DNA of 63,901 bases, filler included, from Octopus bimaculoides (GCF_001194135.2; 7 parts of 7 records of this genome joined end to end with filler, not necessarily neighbours in it), one strand, 5' to 3'. Counted from the whole stretch's first letter, positions 1 through 12,965 are shown. The notes: generated by a model not told the origin, from the sequence alone. Made by a program: numbers and translations.

Positions 1-769
1 AGTATATCATATTTTGACTTGTTTATTTAAAAAAATAATAAATAAATTTCTCTTAAAAATTATTTTTTATCCTCCATGATTCAGTATATTTTCCTAGCAA
101 TTTACTAGCCAAAAAAGGCTGCACTTCAACTGAAGCAAACCATACTTGGAATAGCCTTCTGTACTTTTTGCTAAAAATTACACTACCTGTCAACTAGTTC
201 TTTTTTTTTTTTTTCAGTGCATGCCTTAAATATATCCATTTTAATCTCTATATATAAATAATAGCCAATATAAATGTTGATCATGATTTTACATCATATG
301 AAGATAAGGGCAGAGAGAATAAAAGAAAGATAGAGAGAAAGTTAACAAAAGAGGGAAAGGATGGGTGCACTCTCTAGGCTTGGTGACAGGCAATGAATAA
401 AGGAATGCTATATGCACATGTTGAAAGAGAAAGAATTTTGGAGACAGAGGAGGTGGAAAAGGATGGGAAGGATGAAATAACGAAGTGGTTGTGGTAGGGT
501 TTATTCAAATGAGAAATTTGTTATATTTAATTTAATTTTAAAGTAATGAATATTTTTTGTTTTAAAATTTGTATCGGTTTCATCATTTTGTATAAGTAAT
601 AAGAAATTTTATAAAAGTTAAATTATAATTATTGCTTCTATACCATATTTTCTGACATTATCCATGGTTGCAAATCTTCCAAAGTTACTCATCAAGTGTT
701 TTGATAATTAATGTTTTTACCTAACAATGTAATTATTATCAAGATTGCATCTGGACTTAATATAATTAG

Positions 770-2150
770 CCACTACACTGTCTAGTATGTCTAACAGGCA
801 ATTTGAACAGACCACCACTGTCCTCATCATTTTTCCATGTCCAGCAAAGCCCATTTATTGGGATTGTCATTGAACCCTATTCCTGTCCCATACAGAAAGA
901 TCTCAGTATTAAAATCTAACCAGGTTTTGATGTCAGACTTGGATTTTCTTATATTCTTTTCCATGCTCCTTCAGTTGTGTCCCAGAAAATGGATTTGTGG
1001 CAAGGAGTTGTCAGGATATGTCTACTAAGCAAGCTTTAAATGTTTTACTGTAGCAATGAGTGGTTCTTGCCTGCCACTTTATTTCATGACTTGCTGCCTG
1101 TCTTGTAATCTTTGTATGAGATGTGAAACAGCCTCATTCTATGTCACTTGTGGGTGTCTAGCTTTCACACCTATACAGAAATATCAATGTCACAGGATGT
1201 TGCACAGTTTGAGCTTCATGTAAAAAACTGATAGAACTACTTTCCCATATGACATTCAGTTTCATTATGGCTGATGAGACCAGATCAAGTTTTGCTTTTT
1301 TTCTCTTTTGTTGAGCTGCCATCCTTACTCAAAGTGAATTTAACATCTTTAAAGCTATCCACTTCTTCCAGTTTTTATCTGTTCAGCATGATATTTGTTA
1401 CTGTTTTCTGGATGTAGTTATATTGACCAGAATGTTGCTCCCTTTTGAACTGACCTCTGCTCTTTGTCTTCTTGATGCTCTTTCCAGTTTAGTGATAATC
1501 TCCTGGAGTTCAACTTCACTGCTTCTCGTTTGGTCGCTCTTGACAGTAAAATGCATGCTGCTGCAAAATGGACCATTCTTTAAATAATAGTACGGAAGTC
1601 ACATAATGCCTTCTCTCCTGCTTGATGTTTTCCCGGTAGATGTAAAGTGCTTGCAAGAGGAGAGTCTCTTGATGAACATCAAAGTCCTGAAGTCATCTTC
1701 AGTGTTGTAATTCAGAAATGTATTGTTTAAATTTTTGTGCTGCATTTGAATCATATGATGAAGTTGCTTACCACTTACTGGAAACTTTCATCCCCCAGAC
1801 AGTTAAAGGCTTTTCTGAAGTGAAAGAAATTGTCATGGAGGTTACTTTGATGTTGGAGATGTTTCTCAGATCGCAGTCTACTGTTAAATATCTGCTCTAA
1901 TGTACCCATGTACCCACTTTTTTTTCCTGAATTCTACTTCTTCTTGTGTGTGAGGATTTCTTACACCTTCCACTATATCTGATCAGGAGGACTCTCAGCA
2001 TTACTTTACTTGGGTTACTGGTTTGATGGTTTTGTAATTTCAGCAGTGTCTTGAGTTGCCTTTCTTTGAAAAGATTATCACCAAGGATTGGGTCCATTTT
2101 TTTAGTCACTGCCTTGTCAGTGCCTTGAGTTCTGGTTCTCTATGTTTCAA
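770..2150 (-). mobile_element. Degraded RTE-clade LINE, reverse transcriptase to C-terminal region
   Basis: Minus-strand translation across stops and frameshifts gives NHQTSNPSKVMLRVLLIR, DFRKAFNC, SKDGSSTKE and FLYRCES*T. These match RTE RT motifs (HPSKVMLRVILNRL, FIDFKKAFD, LLYGCETWT). Confidence 0.85.
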
Positions 2151-5100
2151 TATCTCTGATGATATGTTGATTTAACATGTATTTTAAGTGGGTTTTTTAG
2201 TATAGCTTCTATATTTTAAAAGCTTCCATCATTTCTTGCTATACCTACTTGAACAAAAAGGTAATATATATTCTATGATAAAGTTATATGATCTTGCTCT
2301 TCAGATATGCATCATACAGTAACATGACTATATCTGCCTCATAAAAAATGATTATTGAGAAGAAGTAGAAAACTAGATTACAATAGAAGCTATTTCTGGT
2401 GTGTATTGATTAAGGCTAAATGTTAAAATGGAATCTATTTGCACATTAAATGGGGTTTTAAAAGTATAGGATTTGGTGCACTTGATAACTGATAAAAATG
2501 GGATATATCCAGAACTATAGAAAATTTGTGTTGTTAAATTCAAAGTAAATTATGTAGTAAGCATGTTACGAAATAGTACAAAATTTTTTGAGCTAGGTAT
2601 TGACATAACGTAAATCCTTGCAAAAATTCATAAATATAGGTCGAAATACTTTTTAAAATATGGCAAAAATTATGCATTGATAAATCTGGAAACATTATGC
2701 TAGAGTAAAATATACTAGGATAAATTTTTGAATAAATCAATTTAAAGTAAACTTTAGCTTAGTTTTAAGGAATTAAAATATAAAATTACAGCTACACCTA
2801 TTTTTTGTTAGGTTTCTTACAAGACAACACTTGAAGATGATACAACTCTTTATAAACATTGATTTATAAAATGTTTTAAATAATCTCAAGGTATTTAGTA
2901 AGATAAAGAAATTTGATAGTAAATTTCATGAGAACTGTTTAGACAAGGTCTCTAACAAAGAATTTTTACCTGACATGATAGACTTCCCATGGTAAAATAA
3001 TTTACTCTACTTTGAAAATATTTTATACTTGCTATTTGCTGGAGCAGACCTTACGTTATATAAAGAAGTCAAGTGTCAAATCAGTAATTTAAAAACTGGA
3101 AAAATTATGATTTTTCCTTCTTATACCTGATTCATTTGATCTTATTGAATTCAGAAATATAATAATGATAAATAAATAGATTTATAATCTTTGAAAGAAT
3201 GCTTGGGTCAAATGATGAAACAAGAAACAACACTAAGTCTGAAGTAATTGTGTCTCCACAGCTCAACTGCATTAAGTTGAAGAAGGAAGTATAAAGTCAT
3301 TCATAGTACACATGTTATGGAAATCCTTGTACAAGCAATATCATGGTAGACTTGGAAGGTTGACAGCAAATCAAACTTACAATTTTAGTTATACAGGTAC
3401 AACTAGAACTGTGAGGATTAAAAGATTAAAATCTACAGATTGTTTGAGTATTTACTTAATGAAACTTTAAGTGAAATTTTAAAGATTAGATATTGTACAT
3501 AAAGTGTAAGCATTATAGCTTTGAAATGACTGGAAGATTGGGTAATTAACCTTACTGTTTGCAACCAAATAGTTTTTTTCTCTATAATGAAAGTATTTTG
3601 TCAGAAATATATATCACTGAATCATTGTCAATGACAGGTTTGATTCAGTAGCATTTAGATAAGAATGAACTTAGATAAATTATTCCAAGTGTATTGTACA
3701 TTTGGCTTTCGAGATATGCTTTTTTTTTCTTTAGTACGATTTTAAAATAATTAAATAAAAATAATAAAATAAGGGTTTCTTTGTTTTTAAAAATTGTTTT
3801 ATTTTGTAAATATCGTAAATATTTGATTTTTGTCACATTTTTCTTCAATTTAATAGATTTTCATCAACAAAAGGTAAGTTTCAGTTTGCAAAATGTATAT
3901 TTTGTCTGTTTCTCTCTAACTATACAGTCTTTTGCTTGTCTCACCATCTATTTTTAATTCAGTAACAAATTTTTCTATTTTCTTAATGCTTTTTTAAAAT
4001 CATTAACTGGAACATACCTGGAAAAAATTCTGAACAAGCTTTTATTAAAATAAATATCATGTAGTGCATTTCATTTCCTCCAGGTCTGATGGTTGTCCAA
4101 CAAATTATTTTCTATATAATATGTCAATCAATTAAAATCCATTGTAAAAGGAAGCCATATAAGTACAGCAATAAATGCATCATCCTCCCTCCAGCTTTTT
4201 TAACCTTCTGCCAACCTTATAGTTTTCACTGTCTTCCTTCCTGTCCACTACTTAATGTAACTCAGCTAACCCCTTTCATGTTTTTTTGTCTATTATTCTT
4301 TATTGGTGATATCTTACATGACCAAACCACTTGATTTTCTGCCATTTGCTAATTAACAAATGTGTTTTATGGTTGTTTTCCCAACAATTTACTTTTTAAG
4401 TCTCATATGTTTATTGTTCTATATACTGAATGCAAAGGATCTGTCTGCAACATTTCATTTCAAAAGGCATCTCTTCCTCATTTACAGTATCTCAAAGCTA
4501 TGATTCACACTAATAAAATGAAGCTGAAATTGCAATTTCTCTTAAAAAATGAATTTTAATTGTTATAGTAATATTTATTTCTCCAAACAAGGTCTAAATT
4601 TGCCAAATCTACTGTAGCTGCTGCAATCCTAACCTTTACTTCATTCTTTGATCGCTCATCTTCTGTTATTGTTTTTTTACAAATATTGATTACTTAATGC
4701 TACCTGATTTTACTTTTTTTTTTTTTAAATTGTAAATGAGTAGATTGGGTTTGATGAAATGACACCAATTGTTCACTTTTTATTTCAAAATCACTTAAAG
4801 CCTGAAAATTAATATCCTGTTATCAATTTCATTATTTCCACAGATGTTTTATTACCATACAAAAGACCCCACTCCATTAAATATATTCAAAATGTAGAAT
4901 GGTAATCAGAATGTCTTTCTACAATTAACTCTTGTAGCAACTTTTAAAATATTCATAATTCTTAATAGAAAATTCTCTGTAAAACTAAACATGATATAAT
5001 TTTATTCCCTTGATTAATGATAGTGCTTACTGATTTATCAAAATGGTCACTAGGGTTTTTATATTAATGTTTTAAAATGATAGTGAAGAGAAAGTGCATT

Positions 5101-5454
5101 TAGCACTGCTTTTTTTTTTTTTTTTTTTTTGTAATAGGTGATGTATTTATTGTAGAACCTTTTAATGGAGGTATTCTAGTCTCATAAACAAACATATTAT
5201 CACAAAGAAAATCCTTCTCAGAAACATAAAACATTGAATTTTCTAAGTAGATACAAGGCCTATATTTGCCAAGGGAAAATGTAGCCAGTTGGTTCAATCC
5301 TACAAAATAAGTGGTACTTATTATACTAACTATTGTTGAGTGAAAGGAAAGGTCCAGCCTGGCAGAATTTGAAAGGAAATTGTTGTAGGAGTAAAAAATG
5401 AATACTACAACTTATTTAATCTGACATTCTACATTCATGATCTTCACTCAAACA

Positions 5455-5565
5455 AAACAAAAGATGAAGACAGGTATGTAAACAACAAAAGATGTATTAG
5501 TTTAACGCTCGGGAAGTGAGAAAGTCTTTTACGTTTCGAGCCTACGCTCTTCAACAGAAGGAACG
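5455..5565 (-). mobile_element. PLE-type terminal repeat fragment carrying a hammerhead-like motif; second copy at about 55920-56030
   Basis: Shares 'gtattagtttaacgctcgggaagtgaga...tacgctcttc(a/g)acaga' with the 55.9 kb copy; the minus strand reads CTGTTGA-A-GAGC-gtag-GCTC-GAAAC-GTA. Confidence 0.55.
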
Positions 5566-5583
5566 TCTATATATATATATATA

Positions 5584-5902
5584 GGGGGATATAGCATCAT
5601 ACAACGTAGAATACAATTGGAGATTTCTGCGGGACAACCTGTTGAGAGCCACCGACCAGATCTGTGGCTGGTGTAAAGTCCCCTCTCGACCCAGAGTAAC
5701 GTGGTGGTGGAACAAGGAGGTAGATGGGGCTATTAGACAAAAGAAACAGGCTTGGAAGGACTGGAAGAACGGTGGTAGCAGGGAATTGTACCAATCTGCC
5801 AGAAGGGAAGCTAGGCGACAGGTTTATTTAGCAAGAGGGGAAGCAGATAAGAAAAGATTTGCCAATGTTCTGCACCGTGAGGACCAAAGACTCGAGGTAT
5901 TT
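5584..5902 (+). mobile_element. RTE-clade LINE ORF2 fragment (linker between endonuclease and RT), cut by a gap
   Basis: Open frame RATDQICGWCKVPSRPRVTWWWNKEVDGAIRQKKQAWKDWK; the WWN-x-EV/AI-x-x-KK-x-A-x-K-x-W pattern is typical of RTE ORF2. Confidence 0.8.
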
Positions 5903-6002
5903 NNNNNNNNNNNNNNNNNNNNNNNNNNNNNNNNNNNNNNNNNNNNTTAATTAATTAANNNNNNNNNNNNNNNNNNNNNNNNNNNNNNNNNNNNNNNNNN
6001 NN

Positions 6003-6041
<39 letters not shown>

Positions 6042-6160
6042 CAATTAAATACAGGGATAAAATCTATATAAGATTTTAGCAAGTAGTCAGCGTGTAAAAC
6101 CAATTAAGGTAAAAAAAAATTAATACTAAGCATATAATTTTAAAAAATATCTTATTACAT

Positions 6161-6372
6161 TAAGGGCTTTTACTATAAGTAAAGCTACACGCTGAAAGGG
6201 ACGCTAAAGTGAAACTACTTGATCAAAATATGCACACGCGCAACTGAACCTTTTTAAATGAATTTTTTTCTATGTTCATTTCTTCGACATCAGCGCGTGT
6301 ATATTTTGATAAAGTAGTTTCACTTTAGCATCTCTTACCAGCGTATGGCTTTACTTATAGTAACAACCCTTA
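6161..6372. repeat. Foldback / MITE-like inverted repeat with arms of about 80 bp
   Basis: 6161-6241 (taagggcttttactataagtaaagc...cacacgcgc) is the imperfect reverse complement of 6293-6372. Confidence 0.75.
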
Positions 6373-7370
6373 CTATAATAATTGTATATATATATACACA
6401 TAAGCATAAGCATGCAAACATGTGTAAGGATATAGATATGTACTCATAATACACAAAACCACACATGGATTGAGACTTAAGGTTGGACTCATGCATACAC
6501 ATATGTAATATGTACGTACCCGCATTTATACATATGTGCACTGACGGGCGCGCGCATACACACAGATATATATATGCTTCATTAGATACATGCATACATT
6601 CATAAGTATATGTAGATACACTATTATCTCAATGATGTTTAAGTTCCAATAAACAGGTCTTATGTATAGATTAGACATCAACTTTTTCTTCAGAAAACAC
6701 ACACATACATACACACACATGCACACGCACACGCACACACATACGCGCGCACACACACGCACATACACACACACACGCACACACACATTCACATCAACAC
6801 CTCACATCCTCGGACACATATATCTGCAAGTACAGTTCTTCCTCATGATTACAAGGTGATTTCACTGCTATCTCTAGAAGCAGTTCCAACTAACTAGATA
6901 CTTTCTCATTTGTTCACAATCAGATATATTGTTGTAATACATGGACTGAATTCAAATCAGTATATCCGGTGTATCGACCACTTCCTTGTCAAAAGAATAA
7001 ATATAATGTGCGTAATTTTCTACCTATTAGCATGCTACAGATGTGACATGAAGAACAGTATTGTGGAACATAATGTTTTATAGTAGTGAAGCGGGAACAT
7101 AGGAGTGTTTCCTCTTGAATACTGAATACTGTACTTAAGAACCAATGAAAACGAAAAGGAATAAATCCATATGTAATGGATATTTGAGACCAACAGCCAA
7201 TTGAATATTAAAACTAATAATTATATAGGGAATGAAGTTAGTGTTTACATATTTAGTACAGGAAGCTTTAAAACTCTAACTTGAAACAAACTACACACAC
7301 GCGCACGCAAACATTTATATGTTCAAATACATACACAGACAGACACACACACACATGCATNNNNNNNNNN

Positions 7371-7409
<39 letters not shown>

Positions 7410-7544
7410 AATAAATTCGTTCGTTTCTTCTCAATGTTAACAGAATTAGCTTGAACAATATTTTTAACGTTATATTTGATGTTACTATTTTGTAGCTCTA
7501 TTCATCTTTTGTTTACCTTTACCTCTTTCCAGACATACGACGGC

Positions 7545-7935
7545 GGAGTGCCAATTAGGAGAAAATAAGCGCTTTCGACGCCTAATTCTCTTCGTTCGAG
7601 ATATTTGTGCTGTGTATGGAGAAGGTGCTATTGTGGAAAGAGCTACATAGAAATGATTTTCACACTTAAAGAAGGGGAATTCAAGCATACTGACTCTCTG
7701 TGTTCTCACAAACCTGTGCAGCTTAATGAGGGTCGATTGAACGACCTCATCCATGAGAATCTGCGTCGCTTTACTAGGAAATTGGTCAAGCTAACGGGAT
7801 GCTCTCATGATGCCGTTGTCCATCACCTTAATTAGAGAGGTGCGTCCCAAATCCCTATGCCTGAGTATCACACGAACGCTCTGGACGAAAGGGACAATCT
7901 CTAGCGCTCGTCTATCGCCGCCAGTTTACTCGCTG
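7545..7935 (+). mobile_element. Mariner transposase relic (N-terminal HTH region)
   Basis: Translates to DICAVYGEGAIVERAT, LNEGRLNDLIHENLRRFTRKLVKLTGCSHDAVVHHL and ALDERDNL*RSSIAASLLA, the layout of a Mos1-like N-terminus. Confidence 0.8.
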
Positions 7936-8184
7936 GACACTTGGCACTGAAAATGGAGTCGTTACGTCAATATGAAGCAAGGAAGAGAATGGCTGAATTC
8001 CGACAAGCAAGCAACACCTCTTATCAAGCCAGAGCTGTGTTCGATGGGGTTTGGAAAGGTTAATCCACTACGAAATGCTGGAGAACACAGCAGTGTAATT
8101 TGGTAGACTGTTATCTGATGGGTAATTGCTTACTGTTTCTAGCAAGAAGAGTATGTTGTTTATCTGAGAAATTCAAAATTTCGC

Positions 8185-8372
8185 CGGACGAAATGTTTAG
8201 AGGCATTTCATCCGTCTTATTATTCTGAAGCCAAATTTCGCATAAGTCGACTTTGCCTTTCATAATTTCGGTGTTGATAAAACAAGTACCAGTTGAGAAC
8301 TGCGGTCCATGTAACCGACTTGTCCCTCCCCCGAAATTACTGGCCTTGTGCCAGAATTTGAAATTAATATTA
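8185..8372 (+). mobile_element. SINE family A (central 'gtcgactttgcctttcatcctttcggggtcgataaa' domain), degraded
   Basis: Aligns to the intact copy at 58752-58983. Confidence 0.75.
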
Positions 8373-8949
8373 TTTGATGCATTTCAAAAACTATGAAGGA
8401 AAACTTCGCACGTGTCTCCAAGCTTTGATGACTTCATCCACAAAGCTTAAACCTAATTACACTTAACAAGACAATGCTGGAGGAATTAATTAGCTCATAT
8501 AAAATGTAGTAAATGAATTGATGTAGAATGTAAGATTGTTTATGGAATAAAACTCAGAGCTGCCATCTGCTCGAAAAATAATATTTAAATTACTGCTGCC
8601 TCATTGAATGCAGGAAACCTTAAAATTATATTGTGGGAGAGACAGACAGGTTGATAGTTAGCTAGAGAGATCCGAGGAGCATGAAAAAGAATGCTAATTA
8701 GAGAAAATACATGGTGGGATAGATAGGTAGACAGATAATTAGATAGGTAAGTTAGTAATAGCCTTTTTCATGCAGGGTGCACTTAAATGCTAAATAGAAA
8801 AACCCCATGCAGGTGAGTTAGATATATAGATAAAACATATAGTTGAGTAAGTATTAATAGTTATAGGAAATATTAAAAAGCTAATTATGAGGTATGTATG
8901 CGATGAGGAAAAGACTATTGAAGTCAATGTGTAATATCATATTAATTAT

Positions 8950-9170
8950 TTCGGCAGAGAAAGCGGGATCGTTAGTATGACGGTCAAAATGCTTAGTGAC
9001 ATTTCGTCCGTCTTTACGTCCTGAGTTCAAATTCCGCCGAGGTCGAATTCCCCATTTATCCTTTCGACGTCGATAAAATAAGTGCAAGTTGATTACAAGG
9101 TTTGAAGCAGTCGACTTACCCACTTGCTCGAAGTAGTTGGCCTTGTGCCAAAATTTGAAACCGTTATGAC
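8950..9170 (+). mobile_element. SINE family A copy
   Basis: ggcagagaaagcgggatcgttag...gagttcaaattccgccgaggtcga...ggccttgtgccaaaatttgaaacc matches the family consensus. Confidence 0.75.
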
Positions 9171-9256
9171 TCCCAGTAACGAAACAGATGGAGTGCTTTC
9201 TGAAGTGGTTGCTGTGGAATCACACTATGTAAACGAATAAGACTTTAAAGGGGAAT

Positions 9257-9300
<44 letters not shown>

Positions 9301-10113
9301 CCAGAAGCCTTAACATAAATCGATCTTTTATAGATGCTTCCATTTACACGATGAATACATTCAGCAGTAAATTACTTTGCTCGTTACATGCCACAATACG
9401 GCTCTATAATACGAAATATATCAAAATGCCAGGAATATTTATTCTAATTGCAAACTTAAAGGTTTTCATGCCACCGATTGTTGTGTCAATAATTCTAATA
9501 TTGTTACTTGCTATTACGTATTTACATACGTTTCAAATTTACTGCCGAGAGGGAAACACATAAAACTACATTTATTGAATCGTAGGCTACTGTTTAATTT
9601 TGTTTAATATTTATTACCACCAATAGTATCGATGTCGTTTAGCATCATATCATTTCTCCTCCAGCGAAGCCATGACTGAAGGCGTTCCAGACATACCAGT
9701 GTACTTTGGTAGACTGTTATCTGATGGGCAATTGCCTACTTTTCTAGTATGCAGATAAATCAAATAAAAGGTATTTTGTTTATCTGAGAAATTCAAAATC
9801 AATTTATTTTCAGTACATGCTCATCATTTGATACCTGAACTTTCCTTAATTACAAAGAGGCTTGTAAATTTGTCTTTAATTTAACTTTGTGATTAAACAA
9901 TGCTGCAATATAAAGGAACATTTGTAAGGAATCCGAGAGAAGAAATGTTCTCATTGTTTACACAAGGAACGTTGCCCATTGCTTTTGTAGGGTTGCCAAT
10001 TACGTTAAACATGCACATATATGTATGTATGTGGGTATACATACACACACATATATCTGTATTTATATGTATATGCATATATATATGTATATATATGAGT
10101 GTATGGGTGTGTG

Positions 10114-10155
<42 letters not shown>

Positions 10156-10451
10156 AATTATTTGTAGAATTCATTCGAAAAAAGGTATGTTAATATTAAG
10201 GACACCAAGCGAAGGTTGAGATCTGCACTGCCGTGTATATGTCGTATACAAAGTGCCCATACATAGCCATGAATATACGGACATATTTATACACTAACAT
10301 ATACATGTACAAACATATACAATTACGTATAGATATACATATACACGGAATTATACACCTATATATACCAGCATGCAGTTTCACGATCGAATGTAAGCTA
10401 CAGGGAAGGTTCCAGGAATGATGTTTACATAAAATAAGAACACAAATGGGC

Positions 10452-10759
10452 TAAATGTTCACTACAGCTGTTTCAGACGCGCTTTAGGTTTTGAAAATTT
10501 GGGGATAATACATCATGAAAAAAACTATTTTCTTCAGGTGAATTAAAAATTTAAAATTTGGTTCGGGAAAAATGGTGTGGAATTTGGATTGGCCCTCTTA
10601 TTCCGGCATCAATCCACATTCCAAATCTTAGTATTTTGCCTCCGAACCAAGTTTTAAATTCTTAAGCCACTCGAACAAAAAGGTGTTTCTTCATGATGTA
10701 GTCAGTGAAATTATTCATCAATAAAAAAACGCAACTAAAACAGCAGTAGTGAACCTTTA
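10452..10759. mobile_element. MITE-like element of about 308 bp with long imperfect terminal inverted repeats
   Basis: Termini taaatgttcactacagctgtt / aacagcagtagtgaaccttta; the inner segments catcatgaa...ttggttcgg...atttgg and ccaaat...ccgaaccaa...ttcatgatg are also inverted; no coding capacity. Confidence 0.7.
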
Positions 10760-10789
10760 AAATTTCTGTGTTTATATATTCATATATCA

Positions 10790-11615
10790 TGATGTTTCGA
10801 ACCGTGTATGAAAATGCGATCAGCCTAACTGTTGCTCAATGATCTGCAAACATTGTTAAAACTATAATACGTGACAGGGACATCTGCAACGGTGACCACA
10901 AAGCCGTGGCTAGTAGGAAGCGACACAATAGGCATTCTGACTGTGTCGGCACGCTGCAATTCATCTACACATGTTGGAACTTGGCATTAGTGTTAAGTCC
11001 AACGGCTATGTGATGCTGCTGTAGACTGTGGCAAATCCTGGCTATAGAGAGTTCCCGCTGGAAGGCTATATGGGAGTGAGCTGGATACGGCTCCTTGCTA
11101 TACCTCCGGAAAGAGTCACAAGTAGTTGTCTGTGAACTTCAATGACGTCCATAAACACAATTTCTGGCGTCTTAATTACTCCGATTTTAATGTAATGGAT
11201 TACTGTGAGTGAGGAACTGTTGGAAAAGACACTGTGTTGTAGCCTGATATGAGTGTATGTGGATGTTTGTTTATACCTGTCATGTTTGTAAACGATCATC
11301 ATCATCACCGTACAAGCGATGATATTTGTCACCAGTTTTCCAAGAAAAACATGTCCAGCTTTGGGAAAATATGAGTTTGCTTGGGAATGGGTGAGGTGGA
11401 AACAGGAAGAGCATCCACCAGTAGAAAAATCGGCTTCAACAATTTCTATCCGACCCATGTACACATGGAAAAATGGATATTTCTGCAACACAAAGGTCGA
11501 GCTGGTGGCCAAGCAGCAGGTAGATCATCCCAGGGTCATAGTGAGGTACGCATGCGCTACTTTCCGGAGTCGTCCTGAGGGCGTGGTGGAAGTTGAAGGC
11601 TGCTTCTTTGAGTAA
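10790..11615 (+). mobile_element. maT/mori-like (IS630-Tc1-mariner) transposase relic, internally deleted and split by a SINE fragment
   Basis: AGRLYGSELDTAPCYTSGKSHK*LSVNF...FWRLNYSDFNVMDYCE*GTVGKDT, resuming after the insertion as CNTKVELVAK...VRYACATFRSRPEGVVEVEGCFFE*. The C-terminus resembles ACxRFRSRLEAVVEAEG of maT transposases. Confidence 0.7.
11255..11482 (+). mobile_element. SINE tail fragment nested in the maT relic
   Basis: Similar to 30190-30440 and 25080-25240 (ggaagggcatccagc...gtagaaaatctgcctcaacaaattc...cccatg). Confidence 0.6.
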
Positions 11616-11837
11616 ACTGTAATCTTCCAGTGATAATATAGTTAATATTTTTTGTTATAGTAAAATACACAAATATACATATTTTAGGATGGGTTAATGC
11701 ATTTTCCTTTACATTTATGCAGATTACAGATTTAACACCGGATTTACTCTGTATACATTTACCCTGTATAAATTTACACTGTATTCTTTTATTCTTTTAT
11801 TCTTTTATTCTTTTATTTGTTTCAGTCATATATATAT

Positions 11838-12125
11838 ATGAGGAATAGACAAATGGTAAGAATTTGTTAAATCCGAAACTAGTTCCTGTTTAATAATGCT
11901 TTTTTAGGTGATTTTTAAATGTCTTGCCCGCTCACGTTTTTGGTATGCTGCTATATTTCATGTTGAGAACAAGTTAGGCCTTAATAGACACAAGATGTGA
12001 TCTATTTCTAGCGCATTAATTGTCCACGTTAGTGGTCGACGTTATTTTTTAAAATGTACCTTAATCCCCTGAGATTGCAAATAATATTTCTGAATCTCTT
12101 TGATTCTTTAGATGTGCTGGCCTCC
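11838..12125 (+). mobile_element. Probable PLE terminal fragment beginning with a 5'-truncated hammerhead-like motif
   Basis: ATGA-GGAATAGACAAAT-ggtaaga-ATTTGTTAAATCC-GAAA-CTAGTT-CCTG immediately after a (TA)n run. Confidence 0.4.
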
Positions 12126-12177
12126 TGATAATTAATCGATATTAATTAATATATGACTAATTACCAGATTTTATAAT

Positions 12178-12228
<51 letters not shown>

Positions 12229-12302
12229 NNNNNNNNNNNNNNNNNNNNNNNNNNNNNNNNNNNNNNNNNNNNNNNNNNNNNNNNNNNNNNNNTATGTATA
12301 TA

Positions 12303-12445
<143 letters not shown>

Positions 12446-12487
12446 GTGCATTAAATTGATGTAATGATTGCAGTGTTCAATTAAATT

Positions 12488-12965
12488 TTCTTTAACACCT
12501 TGGCCAAAATCTTAAACTCTGTGTTTAGCAGAGTTAAGTGCCGAAAATTCTCTAGTACGTCCCCATTGTCGGCGCCCTTCCTCAGCAGTGTCATCACACG
12601 TATGCTAACAGCACTAGGAATTCTCTCGTTCTGTTGCCAGTTGCCCTAGACATCTGCTAAGAGGTCACCAAACAAAACTGGCATGAATACATAGAATTCG
12701 TGAGGCAGACCATCCAAACCAGGCGATCTGCAAATTGTGCAATCGCTAAACGCTTCTTGAATTTCAGCGACTGTTATCAGCCTTTCGCATAACCTAGCGT
12801 CAGCTGCCGAGAGCCGCGACAAGCCGTCCAGGTATGAACTAAAGTCCAGTACCATCGTCGACCCATCGCCCTCTCCAAACGGCCGCGCGAAGTGCTGCTG
12901 AAAAGCCGCACGCATCTGCTCGGAGTCGCGTAGCACTCGCTCATCTCGATCTGTCAACATTTTCG
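12488..12965 (-). mobile_element. L1/Tx1-clade LINE ORF2 fragment (start of RT)
   Basis: LCERLITVAEIQEAFSDCTICRSPGLDGLPHEFYVFMPVLFGDLLADV*GNWQQNERIP...ENFRHLTLLNTEFKILAKVL contains the KSPGLDGLP and NFRPITLLN-x-x-x-KILAKVL motifs; GC- and CpG-rich relative to its flanks. Confidence 0.85.

Noticed and set aside
5100-5297. Minus-strand 65-aa ORF with a good upstream acceptor
   Set aside because: No recognisable homology, a weak donor, and it ends in an A-run; cannot be supported as an exon.
5947-5958. TTAATTAATTAA islands inside N runs (also 15357, 38872, 45181, 55766, 58024)
   Set aside because: An identical 12-mer with stops in all six frames centred in N padding is a scaffolding spacer, not biology.
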